Shown one piece after another: positions 32,585 to 45,120 of a stretch of 64,000 bases of DNA (positions are counted from its first letter, which is position 1; each line of letters starts with the position of its first letter). The stretch is from Macrostomum lignano (taxonomy: Eukaryota). Location of the stretch: assembly GCA_002269645.1 (NCBI GenBank), contig NIVC01000558.1, positions 310,001 to 374,000 on the forward strand, in the 5' to 3' direction. The notes beneath the pieces are model-generated. The model was not told the origin of the DNA. It worked only from the letters and a program-made list of their open reading frames with translations, and did not search any database. A program made the position numbers and the translations under genes.

Positions 32585-35500
32585 AAAGATAAATAAAGGG
32601 ATAGAGAGAGCAGTAGAGGAAGGGAGAGAGAGGGGTAGAGGGGTAGAAGAAGGGAGAGAGCTGAGAAAGAGGGGTAGAGGAAGGGAGAGAGTGGAGAAAG
32701 AGGAGTAGAGGAAGGGAGAGAGTGGAGAAAGAGGAGTAGAGGAAGGGAGAGAGTGGAGAAAGAGGAGTAGAGGAAGGGAGAGAGAGGAGAGAGCGGTAGA
32801 GGAAGGGAGAGAGCGGAGAGAGGGGTAGAGGAAGGGAGAGAGCGGAGAAAGAGGGGTAGAGGAAGGGAGAGAGTGGAGAAAGAGGAGTAGAGGAAGGGAG
32901 AGAGTGGAGAAAGAGTGGTAGAAGTAAGGAAAGAGCGGAGAGGGGTAGGTGTATGGAGAGAGTGGAGAGAGGGGTAGAGGAAGGGAGAGAGCGGAGAAAG
33001 AGGGGTAGAGGAAGGGAGAGAGTGGAGAAAGAGGAGTAGAGGAAGGGAGAGAGTGGAGAAAGAGTGGTAGAAGTAAGGAAAGAGCGGAGAGGGGTAGGTG
33101 TATGGAGAGAGTGGAGAGAGGGGTAGAGGAAGGGAGAGAGCGGAGAAAGAGGGGTAGAGGAAGGGAGAGAGTGGAGAAAGAGTGGTAGAAGTAAGGAAAG
33201 AGCGGAGAGGGGTAGGTGTAGGGAGAGAGTGGAGAGAGAGAGCGGTAGAGGAAGGGAGAGAGCGGAGAGAGGTGTAGAGGAAGGGAGAGAGCGGAGAAAG
33301 AGGGGTAGAGGAAGGGAGAGAGTGGAGAAAGAGGAGTAGAGGAAGGGAGAGAGTGGAGAAAGAGGAGTAGAGGAAGGGAGAGAGTGGAGAAAGAGGAGTA
33401 GAGGAAGGGAGAGAGTGGAGAAAGAGGAGTAGAGGAAGGGAGAGAGTGGAGAAAGAGGGGTAGAGGAAGGGAGAGAGCGGAGAAAGAGGGGTAGAGGAAG
33501 GGAGAGAGTGGAGAAAGAGTGGTAGAAGTAAGGAAAGAGCGGAGAGGGGTAGGTGTAGGGAGAGAGTGGAGAGAGAGAGCGGTAGAGGAAGGGAGAGAGC
33601 GGAGAGAGCGGTAGAGGAAGGGAGAGAGCGGAGAGAGGTGTAGAGGAAGGGAGAGAGCGGAGAAAGAGGGGTAGAGGAAGGGAGAGAGTGGAGAAAGAGG
33701 AGTAGAGGAAGGGAGAGAGTGGAGAAAGAGTGGTAGAAGTAAGGAAAGAGCGGAGAGGGGTAGGTGTATGGAGAGAGTGGAGAGAGGGGTAGAGGAAGGG
33801 AGAGAGCGGAGAAAGAGGGGTAGAGGAAGGGAGAGAGTGGAGAAAGAGGAGTAGAGGAAGGGAGAGAGTGGAGAAAGAGTGGTAGAAGTAAGGAAAGAGC
33901 GGAGAGGGGTAGGTGTAGGGAGAGAGTGGAGAGAGAGAGCGGTAGAGGAAGGGAGAGAGCGGAGAGAGGTGTAGAGGAAGGGAGAGAGCGGAGAAAGAGG
34001 GGTAGAGGAAGGGAGAGAGTGGAGAAAGAGGAGTAGAGGAAGGGAGAGAGTGGAGAAAGAGGAGTAGAGGAAGGGAGAGAGTGGAGAAAGAGGAGTAGAG
34101 GAAGGGAGAGAGTGGAGAAAGAGGAGTAGAGGAAGGGAGAGAGTGGAGAAAGAGGAGTAGAGGAAGGGAGAGAGTGGAGAAAGAGGAGTAGAGGAAGGGA
34201 GAGAGTGGAGAAAGAGGAGTAGAGGAAGGAAGAGAGTGGAGAAAGAGGAGTAGAGGAAGGGAGAGAGTGGAGAAAGAGGAGTAGAGGAAGGGAGAGAGAG
34301 GAGAGAGCGGTAGAGGAAGGGAGAGAGCGGAAAGAGGGGTAGAGGAAGGGAGAGAGCGGAGAAAGAGGGGTAGAGGAAGGGAGAGAGTGGAGAAAGAGGA
34401 GTAGAGGAAGGGAGAGAGTGGAGAAAGAGTGGTAGAAGTAAGGAAAGAGCGGAGAGGGGTAGGTGTATGGAGAGAGTGGAGAGAGGGGTAGAGGAAGGGA
34501 GAGAGCGGAGAAGAGGGGTAGAGGAAGGGAGAGAGCGGAGAAAGGGGGTAGAGGAAGGGAGAGAGTGGAGAAAGAGGAGTAGAGGAAGGGAGAGAGTGGA
34601 GAAAGAGGAGTAGAGGAAGGGAGAGAGTGGAGAAAGAGGAGTAGAGGAAGGGAGAGAGTGGAGAAAGAGGAGTAGAGGAAGGGAGAGAGTGGAGAAAGAG
34701 GAGTAGAGGAAGGGAGAGAGTGGAGAAAGAGGAGTAGAGGAAGGGAGAGAGTGGAGAAAGAGGAGTAGAGGAAGGGAGAGAGAGGAGAGAGGGGTAGAGG
34801 AAGGGAGAGAGCGGAGAAAGAGGAGTAGAGGAAGGGAGAGAGTGGAGAAAGAGGAGTAGAGGAAGGGAGAGAGTGGAGAAAGAGTGGTAGAAGTAAGGAA
34901 AGAGCGGAGAGGGGTAGGTGTAGGGAGAGAGTGGAGAGAGAGAGCGGTAGAGGAAGGGAGAGAGCGGAGAGAGGTGTAGAGGAAGGGAGAGAGCGGAGAA
35001 AGGGGGGTAGAGGAAGGGAGAGAGTGGAGAAAGAGGAGTAGAGGAAGGGAGAAAGTGGAGAAAGAGGGGTAGAGGAAGGGAGAGAGAGGAGAGAGGGGTA
35101 GAGGAAGGGAGAGAGAGGAGAGAGGGGTAGAGGAAGGGAGAGAGCGGAGAAAGGGGGGTAGAGGAAGGGAGAGAGTGGAGAAAGAGGAGTAGAGGAAGGG
35201 AGAGAGAGGAGAGAGGGTAGAGGAAGGGAGAGAGTGGAGAAAGAGTGGTAGAAGTAAGGAAAGAGCGGAGAGGGGTAGGTGTAGGGAGAGAGTTGAGAGA
35301 GAGAGCGGTAGAGGAAGGGAGAGAGCGGAGAGAGGTGTAGAGGAAGGGAGAGAGCGGAGAAAGAGGGGTAGAGGAAGGGAGAGAGTGGAGAAAGAGGAGT
35401 AGAGGAAGGGAGAGAGTGGAGAAAGAGGGGTAGAGGAAGGGAGAGAGAGGAGAGAGGGGTAGAGGAAGGGAGAGAGAGGAGAGAGGGGTAGAGGAAGGGA

Positions 35501-35830
35501 GAGAGCGGAGAAAGGGGGTAGAGGAAGGGAGAGAGTGGAGAAAGAGGAGTAGAGGAAGGGAGAGAGTGGAGAAAGAGGAGTAGAGGAAGGGAGAGAGTGG
35601 AGAAAGAGGAGTAGAGGAAGGGAGAGAGTGGAGAAAGAGGAGTAGAGGAAGGGAGAGAGTGGAGAAAGAGGAGTAGAGGAAGGGAGAGAGTGGAGAAAGA
35701 GGAGTAGAGGAAGGGAGAGAGTGGAGAAAGAGGAGTAGAGGAAGGGAGAGAGTGGAGAAAGAGGAGTAGAGGAAGGGAGAGAGTGGAGAAAGAGTGGTAG
35801 AAGTAAGGATAGAGCGGAGAGAGAGAAGGG
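32585..35830. repeat. About 3.2-kb polypurine satellite (about 30-bp unit GTAGAGGAAGGGAGAGAGTGGAGAAAGAGGA with variant modules)
   Basis: Plus strand almost entirely G/A. Confidence 0.97.
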
Positions 35831-36304
35831 TAGAGGAAAGGGAGAGCGGAGAGAGAGAAGGAAAATGAGTGAGCGCCAGCGGAGACAGGGGTGGCTCTTT
35901 GGAGAGAGGCTAAAGGAGGGAAAGGGTGAGGCATTTGACTGTAAAATCTCATTGTCAAACCATATTGCAGTGTTGTACAATTTTTTACTACCCTTTCAAT
36001 CTTAAATTCAGGAGCTCACTGACTGGAATTCCAGAATCCATCAAGCTGTTAAACGGAAGGCATTGAGCTTGAGCATGACATTGAGCTGTCGTTATACATT
36101 GAAACTCAGTCCTAACACTGCTATATACTCTAAGAGAAATTTATTGGGTAAAATGACAGCAGAACACAAGGTTGAAGTATCAGAACCATTCGAAATTACA
36201 AGGGATGCATAACTTTATTTGGCTATTGAATTTTAATTGAAAGCCTACCTGGATCTTATAATTGAGTTCTGAGTATTCTTTTAATATTATGTTTATTGAA
36301 ATAC

Positions 36305-36655
36305 TTGTTTCGGCGCTACTAGTGTCTGTTCTGGCGCTACTGGTGTCTGTCTTGGCGCTACTAGTGTCTGTTCTGGCGCTACTGGTGTCTGTCTTGGCGC
36401 TACTAGTGTCTGTTCTGGCGCTACTGGTGTCTGTCTTGGCGCTACTAGTGTCTGTTCTGGCGCTACTGGTGTCTGTCTTGGCGCTACTAGTGTCTGTTGT
36501 GGCGCTACTAGTGTCTGTTGTTTTGGCGCTACTAGTGTCTGTTTTGGCTTTACTAGTGTCTGTTGTGGCGCTACTAGTTTCTGTTCTGAAGCTACTAGTG
36601 TCTGTCTTGGCGCTACTAGTGTCTGTTCTGGCGCTACTAGTGTCTACTGTCTGCT
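36305..36655. repeat. 21-bp minisatellite (GCGCTACTAGTGTCTGTTCTG)
   Basis: About 16 copies. Confidence 0.93.
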
Positions 36656-37064
36656 GGCGCTATAAATTAGACTCCCAGCCAGATTTCCACTTAATCTCTT
36701 TATTATATTGAGCTCATCAGCCATACCCGATGGACATCAATACCTAAATAAAAGAAGTCGGACAGCAAAATTTCTCTGAGGCAGATGGTCGGAAATGCAG
36801 CAATGACAGCCTCCATAATTGCTAAGCCCCGAGGTCCGGAAGCGAATATTGGCAGGCAGTTGATAGCTGAGGGGAGACTGCGGATGCTGGGTGGGGATGA
36901 GAGGCGGATTTTGTTGAGCCCCAGCTGCTGCTGACTCACGGCGGCATCTGCCTGGCCGGCTTTGGGTGGAAGCCACTCACGATTAACTACTCAGTGCTGC
37001 TGAATCAGCTGTGCACTTGAGCACTGGGGACTGCTGACTTAGAGGGGTGACAGCGGTGGAGATA

Positions 37065-37147
37065 GGCACTAAGACAGACAGACACTTGGAGGCAGACAGA
37101 CAGACAGACAGACAGGCTGACAGACCGACAGACAGGCAGACACACTA

Positions 37148-37204
<57 letters not shown>

Positions 37205-37322
37205 GGCGGACAGACAGACGGACAGACAAACAGACAGACAGACACTTGGAGGCGGACAGACAGACACTATGACAGACACTAAGACAGACAGACACTAAGA
37301 CAGACAGGCAGACAGACGGACG

Positions 37323-37353
<31 letters not shown>

Positions 37354-37357
37354 ACTA

Positions 37358-37441
<84 letters not shown>

Positions 37442-37589
37442 CGACAGACAGACAGACGGACAGACAAACCGACAGACAGACAGACGGACAGACAAACCGA
37501 CAGACAGACGCTTGGAGGCGGACAGACAGACACTATGACAGACACTAAGACAGACGGACACTAAGACAGACAGACACACAGACAGACAC

Positions 37590-37644
<55 letters not shown>

Positions 37645-37660
37645 CACAGACAGACAGACA
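37065..37660. repeat. (CAGA)n microsatellite with CACTAAGA interruptions
   Basis: Direct inspection. Confidence 0.95.
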
Positions 37661-38726
37661 CTAGGAGACAATCAAGCTTGCATAAATTCCCATGATTAAA
37701 ACAAGCCCTAACAGAAATTCGACAAAGCATAGCTACCATGCAGACAAGACTTCCCTCATTCATGCTGGCTAGTTTGTAATCCAAAAATAACCCAGGTGCA
37801 AAGGTTCGCAGACAGCTTTGGCCCTCACCAAGGCAATAGAGATTTCGTGGAGGTTTCGAACGCCACTTGCCCGCCCACCCTCCAATCATCTTAAAGGAAC
37901 TAGCCGTCAGGATACCGCCTAAAACTGCTGGATGCGGCTGAACAGACTTTCCAGCTGGGCAGTACAAGAATTCGAATCCGTCCTAGTCACTCTGTACTTT
38001 TACTCTCTCCTTCCATCGTTCCCTTGCCGGCAGCCAATGGGAGTTTACGGTATGATTGACTGGAAGATAACCACCAGGCTTACTAAGGTTGGCCACGTTA
38101 TTCGTAGCCCCTAGCAACCAGAAACCGAAGTACCTACTCAAACATACAGTATATAACTCCCCTAGATACAGTGCAAGCCTCATCTTGTTTACTCGACAAA
38201 CTTGAGACCCCACAGTCAACTCATTTTTTAGATTGATTGATTGATTGCCTAAGCCAGTTACCAAGCCTGACCGAAGTTTGAGTAGCTTAAGTGGAAAAAT
38301 TGAATGCCGCCCTGATTAGGAAGCGATCAAGTGAAACGAATTAGCTGTGTAGGGCTGTAAGGATTGAACGCGCGAACACTTCATGCTCGTGGCTACTCTA
38401 AAGTACTCAACTATGAAAACTGGACGACAGTCTCCTTGAGAGTAGATCGCGTCAATTTGTATTTGGGGTTGACCGACCGAGCGATAAGAACCAACCATCC
38501 AAGTAGTCCGCAGACTCGCATGCATGCATGAGCACTGCGGTACAGAGTCTGGAGCAACTAAGACCCCTGGTTAAGATTCCCAATTTGTGCATGAAAATTA
38601 AATTGTCCAGGGGGGTTTCACAGAGTCAAGCGGAATCGAATATTTATTGTTCCTATAATGCTTGAAGACACCTGTAACAAAGCCGGATACAGGTAAGCAT
38701 TGCAACCATGGCAACGGTAGGCTCAC

Positions 38727-39623
38727 CCGGTAGTACTGCCAGGCCATTTCTCGCTCCGCTAGCATAGCAGCCGTCTCCTCATCAGTGAGCACATTGTCGC
38801 CCAGCTTCACCTGCCAACGCAGCTGATTTTGCCTCTCGTCGTAGACATTCTGCGTCACCTCCTGCTCAAACACAGCCTCCTTCATCTGGCGCGAAGCTGA
38901 CAGACCGGTTGCAGAGTTCTCCAGCGCGTCTCTGAGCTCCTTCATCTTGAGCCGGCCCTGCTTCTGGTTGAGCACCTGGGCAACAGCGAAGGGACTGTTA
39001 AGGTGCGGCGGAATTCGCAGACCGTTGCGTTCCACGGGTTGACGAACTCGCGGCTGTGGCAGAGACAACTGTTGCTGCTTTGAGGCGGCTCCTTGTGTTT
39101 TTTGTTGCTGCTGCTGCTTCTGCAGGGACTCTTGGCTGGCTCGCAGTTTGTTCCTTCGCGCACGTTCCAACGGTGAGAAAGCCCTGGGGTCCAGGCTCTG
39201 CTGCAGGGCCGCCGGGTCGCTGGGGTCCTCAAGGCCGTACATTTGGTACACCTGGTCGCGCTCCATTCCCGGAGCCGAGTGGCCCATCAGGTGGCAGGTG
39301 AGCGGGGCGAAGTTGAACTGCGACACCCGCAGCTCCATGGTCATCTCGGCGGTGACGAAGTCGATCGGGGCGAAGGTCACAGCAATGTCAACCTCGCCAT
39401 CAGCTGGAATCGAACCGCTGAGCGGCTCCACGGTGAACACCGGATTAGGATGGGTAATCTTGATCTCGAATTCGAACTCAACCGGAGCTCGTGAACGTAG
39501 CGGAATGATCTGAGTGCGCCGATAACCAACCGGTATTGGCGGGAATTTCACCTGCTTGGGGAACTCGTTGTAGCCCAGGACTGGGTAGGCGTGGATCGGG
39601 ATGATCAGATTGTTCTTTTCGTC
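38727..39623 (-). CDS. CFAP221: CFAP221/PCDP1 exon 3
   Basis: LIIPIHAYPV...FTVEPLSGSIPADG...SQFN...PFAVAQVLNQKQGRLKMKELR...RQMKEAVFEQ...LRWQVKLG; GCAG| acceptor and |GTGAGC donor, 299 codons. Confidence 0.92.
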
Positions 39624-39799
39624 CTGCGAGAGGTTGTTCGGTGCAAAATGGTTCATAAGTACACATCGGAACACAGGCTGTCTATAGTTATCTACACTTG
39701 AAAAAATCCGTCCCTACGGACATGGCTGGCCATAGACTATCGCTGTCCTTTTTAACACTCAGCAACACGAAGCACGAAGCCTGATCCTGCAGAATGCTA

Positions 39800-40053
39800 G
39801 CGGTTGTAGCCTGATGGTTAGGGCGTCGGAGTCAGGACTGAAGCATCGAGTCGGGGGGAGTTCGAATCTCGACTCAACTAGGAACGATTTGTGTCCTTGA
39901 GAAGGCACTTAACTTACCAGCATTAGGAGGTACCCAGATTAGCTGGGGTAATTGAGGATGTGTGGCGACCCCCCTCCAGTCCTTGGACTGAACAGCCGTA
40001 CGCAGCCTTCAGATGCGCCGCGCAATAGCTGCGGCTGAGCTGTTGGTTGCACC
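39800..40053 (+). mobile_element. Third copy of the CORE-like SINE (variant tRNA head, tail missing), in CFAP221 intron 2
   Basis: GTAGCCTGATGGTTAGGGCGTCGG...GTTCGAATCTC...TGTGTCCTTGAGAAGGCACTTAAC...CAGCCGTACGCAGCCTTCAGATGCG matches the other copies. Confidence 0.82.
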
Positions 40054-40116
40054 TATTCCAGAACTGAGTCAAATAATGTTTTGAATTCAATTACGGGATG
40101 CAACTTTCTTACTCAC

Positions 40117-40400
40117 CTTGCTGTGAATCCGCAGCGCGTCGTAGTAGTACCGCACCTCGGTGGGCTTAAACTCCAGGACGCACTGGACAGCAAAGCCGGG
40201 CACCAACCGATCCCGCTTCTCGTAGGTCAGCTTGAAAAACGGCGTCTCAGGAGGTAGGATGTGAAATCTGGTCACCTCGGTGCTGACGTTGGCGAATTTC
40301 ACTTTGCGCACGTGGACTTGATTCGGCGTGAAGCCGGCAAAGTGCACGACGGCTGGGTGAGCTTCTACGATGGCGTTGCGGCCCATCTTGTTGAAGATCT
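40117..40400 (-). CDS. CFAP221: CFAP221/PCDP1 exon 2
   Basis: IFNKMGRNAIVEAHPAVVHFAGF...RFHILPPETPFFKLTYEKRDRLVPG...YYYDALRIHSK|GTGAGT; phases fit both neighbours. Confidence 0.88.
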
Positions 40401-40564
40401 CTGAGCGAATGCGGGGCGTGCAAGAGGCTCGATGAGCTATAGCAAAGACTCAAAGGCGTGCGAAAACTCCCTCGTCTGTACAGAGTTAACTTGTACAGTG
40501 TGTCTTGTACAGACTTTAAGCTCTCAATACAATAGCTCGTGCAGAACTCATCCACAGCTATCAC

Positions 40565-40930
<366 letters not shown>

Positions 40931-40967
40931 TAGAGAAAGTTAAGAGGTGAAAAATATTAGGCCTTAC

Positions 40968-41178
40968 GCGTATCAAGGAAGTAGTTGGGCACAGGGCGCC
41001 TGCCAGTCTCCGGCTCCGCAAACAGATCGTCTCTGTCGACGAGCAGCTGCCGCGGCTCCTGACCCTGCTGCTCCTCCTGCTGATCCTCCTGCAGCAGCTC
41101 GCTGTTGGCATCCTTGAGCCCGCCAGAGCTGGCAACGGACAGTGCGGGAGCCAAGGCCAAGCCTCCAGACTCCGACAT
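40968..41178 (-). CDS. CFAP221: CFAP221/PCDP1 exon 1
   Basis: MSESGG...RRPVPNYFLDT C|GTAAGG; resembles the KEVPNHLLES region of vertebrate CFAP221 as recalled. Confidence 0.75.
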
Positions 41179-43077
41179 ATTTTGTTTTGATCAGTAATTG
41201 TTCTATGCTAAATTGTTATTTGAAAGTTAAACAGTTCAACGTTGTGACGTCATTAGAGTCCAGCTGGCAGAAATGTTGGTTGTATAAGACATTTTTAGCA
41301 ATGGTTTGTAATTTCAAAAGCTCGAAATCTCACATCGCAAAAACCGTTTAAACAGTGAGCTAGCACAAAAGCGCAGTACAAGACTATCGGGTACATACCC
41401 TCCGGCAACGGAGGGGAAACACCTGAGGGGATGTACCGGAGGAAATATACCGGAGGAAATATACGGGAGGAGATATACCGGAGGGGATATACCGGAGGGG
41501 ATATATCGGAGGGAAACGCCGGAGGAGAAATAACCAAAAGCCCCAGCAAAAACTATAAGTCACGTGAGTCAGTTAATCGATACTAAGTTTATTGCATGCC
41601 TCGAACTTTGAGTGTTGATTACGACTCCATAGATCACCCAAGCGGAGCAGCTGAGCTTATCGCTGATATTAAATTTTTTCCCTCAATTGTAACGTCCTAC
41701 ACTGGGCCATAACGCTGTGTAGGCGTTGAGAGTTCGTTGAGAGTTGAGTGTGACCGTGGTTTTTTATTAATCACGGTAACCCCACCTCGTGTCGTTTCTG
41801 TTTATCGTTAGATGTAGCAGGCATTTTTGGGTTTATGACCTCTGTGTCCCAAAAAAATAACTCACCACTTAGGAATATTAGGTGCAGATTCATTTATGAG
41901 GAATTACAAATGTAATATTTTTTAGACACAGAATATTAAATGGCTGCTGTAATTTTGACCATATATCTAACTTGAAGCCTTATAGACTTATTCCAATTTC
42001 ACATTCAAAGATGAATTAATTTTTAAATCGAGCAAAAAACTCTTTAGACCCTGAAATAACAAACTTCAAAAGTTCGAATTGAATTGATCTACAAAAACCC
42101 ACGGAAAAGTCTACACAGTCGGCTTCAACCTCGAGATTGGACAAGCCTGCACCTCGGAAAAAAACATTTTAGCATCTGCCAGGCTACAACCGCCACCGCT
42201 GCCGGTTTTCAAATATACAGTCTGACGGCTTTCTATCTATCCGGCAGCATTGAACACGGCCCTAGGGATGGAATAGTCTAGATTGTACATGCATGGCTGC
42301 AGTTCCAGCTGGGAGAGGATAGCCATATGCATGTGGAAGCAAGGGCGAGACAGATTGGTATGCAACCGTTCCGGCTGAAACATGTTTTCTCCATTCGCGC
42401 AGATCTCGCCTGCCTCCCTCCCTCCTATCCTCGGCTGCCCGAACGTTATACTGGATATTCGAGACTTGGTCACGGAGGAGGGGTGGACTGCATGGGCCCA
42501 GTGAAACATGCGGATGGATCATCTGCAGGGCTCTACCAGCGGGGGATTTTTTGTTCAGGGAGCTGGGGGGAGGCGACAAAAGTTCTGGGTTAGCCATAGC
42601 CAATGAACGAGGCTTGAGGCTAACACCGGGGAGTGGGGAGAGGATTATCGAAGGGCCGATCATCGATGGTTCGTGCTGCAAAAACGGATGGAGAGGGGAA
42701 GGGAGGGGAGAGCTGAATGGTCGGCAATTAGGGCAGCCATAACAGTCGCTAGCGTTGCTATACACGGCTAGCTGTATCCAACAGTTCGCGTGCGTGCCGC
42801 TGCTGCCTGCATAATAATAACCCCCATGACAACCCTTCCTTACTCCCCCTGAGACTTGCTTCTGATTTCTAAAGCCTACAACAAGAAGGCCCCTTCCTAC
42901 AGCCGAACGCTCACTGCGTAGAGCGCAGTTGTTCTCTTCCGTTCCAAAAAAGTCTTGCAAGCAATAACCGGTGCTGAGTGCTACTGGAGGAAGCTTTCCA
43001 ATTTGACTATAAGAAAGCGTGAAGCGCTACTGCTCCGAAAGAAGAATCGGTCTCTGTCTGCTTGTTAATAGTCAGTC

Positions 43078-43100
43078 ATGGGCGTAGGATGCATTGGAAA
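43078..43100 (+). CDS. Class A GPCR, putative coding exon 1
   Basis: GTCATGG...MGVGCIG AA|GTAAGT; phase 2 matches the acceptor at 43195. Confidence 0.55.
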
Positions 43101-43195
43101 GTAAGTAGCTCAAGTATGGACTTTGATTTTTTTATAATTTTTTTAAGTTCGTTGAATATAAGTTGCCTTCCACGACATCCCGTCAATAATTTTAG

Positions 43196-43281
43196 AGTTC
43201 CGATAATGTACATCGCCAACAAGGCGGTTCTGTGGGGCTGTTACGCCCTCATAATGTCGTTAATTCTGTTTGGACTTATTG
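43196..43281 (+). CDS. Class A GPCR, exon 2 (TM1)
   Basis: VPIMYIANKAVLWGCYALIMSLILFGLI G|GTAAGA. Confidence 0.78.
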
Positions 43282-43408
43282 GTAAGATCAAGCTACATTA
43301 AGATGAACTGCTTTTTCTCCATATTATCAAGGCTTAGCATATTGAGCATAGACTCACATCGATCATCGAGGTCAAACTAGCAATAGTAAAACCGTCCGCT
43401 ATTTCCAG

Positions 43409-45120
43409 GAAACATCCTGTCCTTCCGCATTCTGGGCTACAACAAGTCGCGCAGAAATCAGTCCAGCACTTTCTATTTACGAGCTTTGGCCGTGGCGGAC
43501 TCAGGCGCTCTGATCTTGAACTCGCTGCTGATGGCGCAGATGATGATGCTACGACCAGCGATACACCTGCACCCATTGAGCTTATTGTCCATCATGCTGA
43601 ACTCGTACCCGATGTGCAATGTGAGGATGTACTTGTCGCGTTCGACCACACTGATAGCGGTGTACATTATCGTGCTGTTTAGCATCGAACGAGCTCTGGT
43701 AGTGATCAATCCGTTTCGCTGGATGAGATTCTTCACTTTGCGCAAAGCAAAATTAGCGGTGGTTGGTTTGACGCTCATCAGCTACAGCATCTGTATTCCT
43801 GCAATGTTCAGCTTCAACAAGGAGAGCTTCAACTACCCGAAGCGTCTGTACAATGTGACCACGAATAAGACCATTGTGGCTCCGACACTCCTGGCTATGG
43901 CGGACTGCTCGCGTCTTAGACGGGAGGGCGTCAACGGAACTGGCAGCCTGGTGATGGAGGAGCCAATGCCGATGCTGGGCATTCTCGCTCAGCTGGCGTT
44001 AAACAAGGAGAGCATCCGGATAGAGGGCAATCTTTCCACTGTGCACCGGATGCTGCTCAACCAGAGCAAACAGGAACGCGGTCTGATGAGACACATCGGA
44101 CTGGAATGCCAGAGCATCGCCGATTGCCGCATCAATTTTCCAATTTTCAAGCCTTTCATCATGTTTTACAATATTTCCATATCCCTGATCCCATTTATCA
44201 TCACTGGAGTTTGCAACTTGATCATTCTAGTGTCTCTTCGTAACGTTGAGACAAAAAACCTGCGCAAGTCAAAGCCCAATGAAGAGGTTCAGGATCGGCA
44301 GGTGACAAAAAAGTTAATCATCGTCTCGACGGCTTTCGTGGTGCTGAGCTTTCCGTTGGCTCTGTTTCACTTAATTACCGGGATAATGCGAGGCAGTTAC
44401 TGCAGCACCTTTTGGTCGAACTACCTGACTATAGGTCTGACCCTGAGCTCCTCCAACCACGCCGTCAATTTCATCATCTACTGCATCAGCGAGGAGCAAT
44501 TTAGACGGCTGGTTGTGTCCGTCCTGATGTGCAAGCGGCACCGCCTCACCAGGCTGCTCAGCTACATCAACGAGCCGAGGAATCGAGGCGCCTGTGGCGG
44601 CGGCAGGGCCGGAGGCTACGGCGCGAAAGGGCGCAGCAGACGAGGCAACGTTGGCACCACCAACACTGGCCCGGCGACTGCAACCACCGGAACTGGCTGC
44701 CGGAAGATGTCCACCCCGTACACAAACATCACTAACTACAGCACAAGCCAGAGTCAGAGTCAGTGTCCGGACCAGTCGGAGTTGTCAGTAACGGATGTCT
44801 TGGTGCACCAGCCGGTCGAGAGAACACCAGCGCCACCGCCGCCGCCGTCAACGCCACCGCAAGAGCCTCCGCCTCAGGAGACGTCAAAGACGAACGAATC
44901 GCCCCAGCAACGTCAAAAGACGCTCTCATTTGCGAAGCGACTCAAAGCCAGACGGCGTAACGATGAAATTGTAGCAGACGATGCTGTTGAGATCCCGCAC
45001 GACTTCAAGAACTGCAGCCTGGTGCGGGACGACTGGGCGAGCGAGCTGTTTGCCGACGATGTTGAAGACAGTCGGTTGAGGGCCATAATGGCACGCTGGA
45101 GTGAAATCACACCAGAGTGA
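43409..45120 (+). CDS. Class A (rhodopsin-like) peptide-type GPCR, main exon
   Basis: TTCCAG| GNILSF (TM1 end), YLRALAVAD (TM2), FSIERALVVINPF (ERY-like), LIPFII (TM5), LSFPLA (TM6), NHAVNFIIY (NPxxY variant); long ECL2 and long C-tail; 606 aa when joined. Confidence 0.92.

Noticed and set aside
36010-36215. Possible nested exon or LINE RT scrap (LTGIPESIKLL; VEVSEPFEITR)
   Set aside because: Motifs are too short and in different frames to assign
36660-38520. GC-balanced unique sequence in CFAP221 intron 3 with 70-140-aa minus-strand ORFs
   Set aside because: No recognisable domain or consistent splice model; possibly a decayed element
43409-45120. GPCR as the receptor for the nonapeptide at 3109-4267
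   Set aside because: Lacks the DRY, CWxP and NPxxY pattern typical of vasopressin/oxytocin receptors; 39 kb apart with no other link
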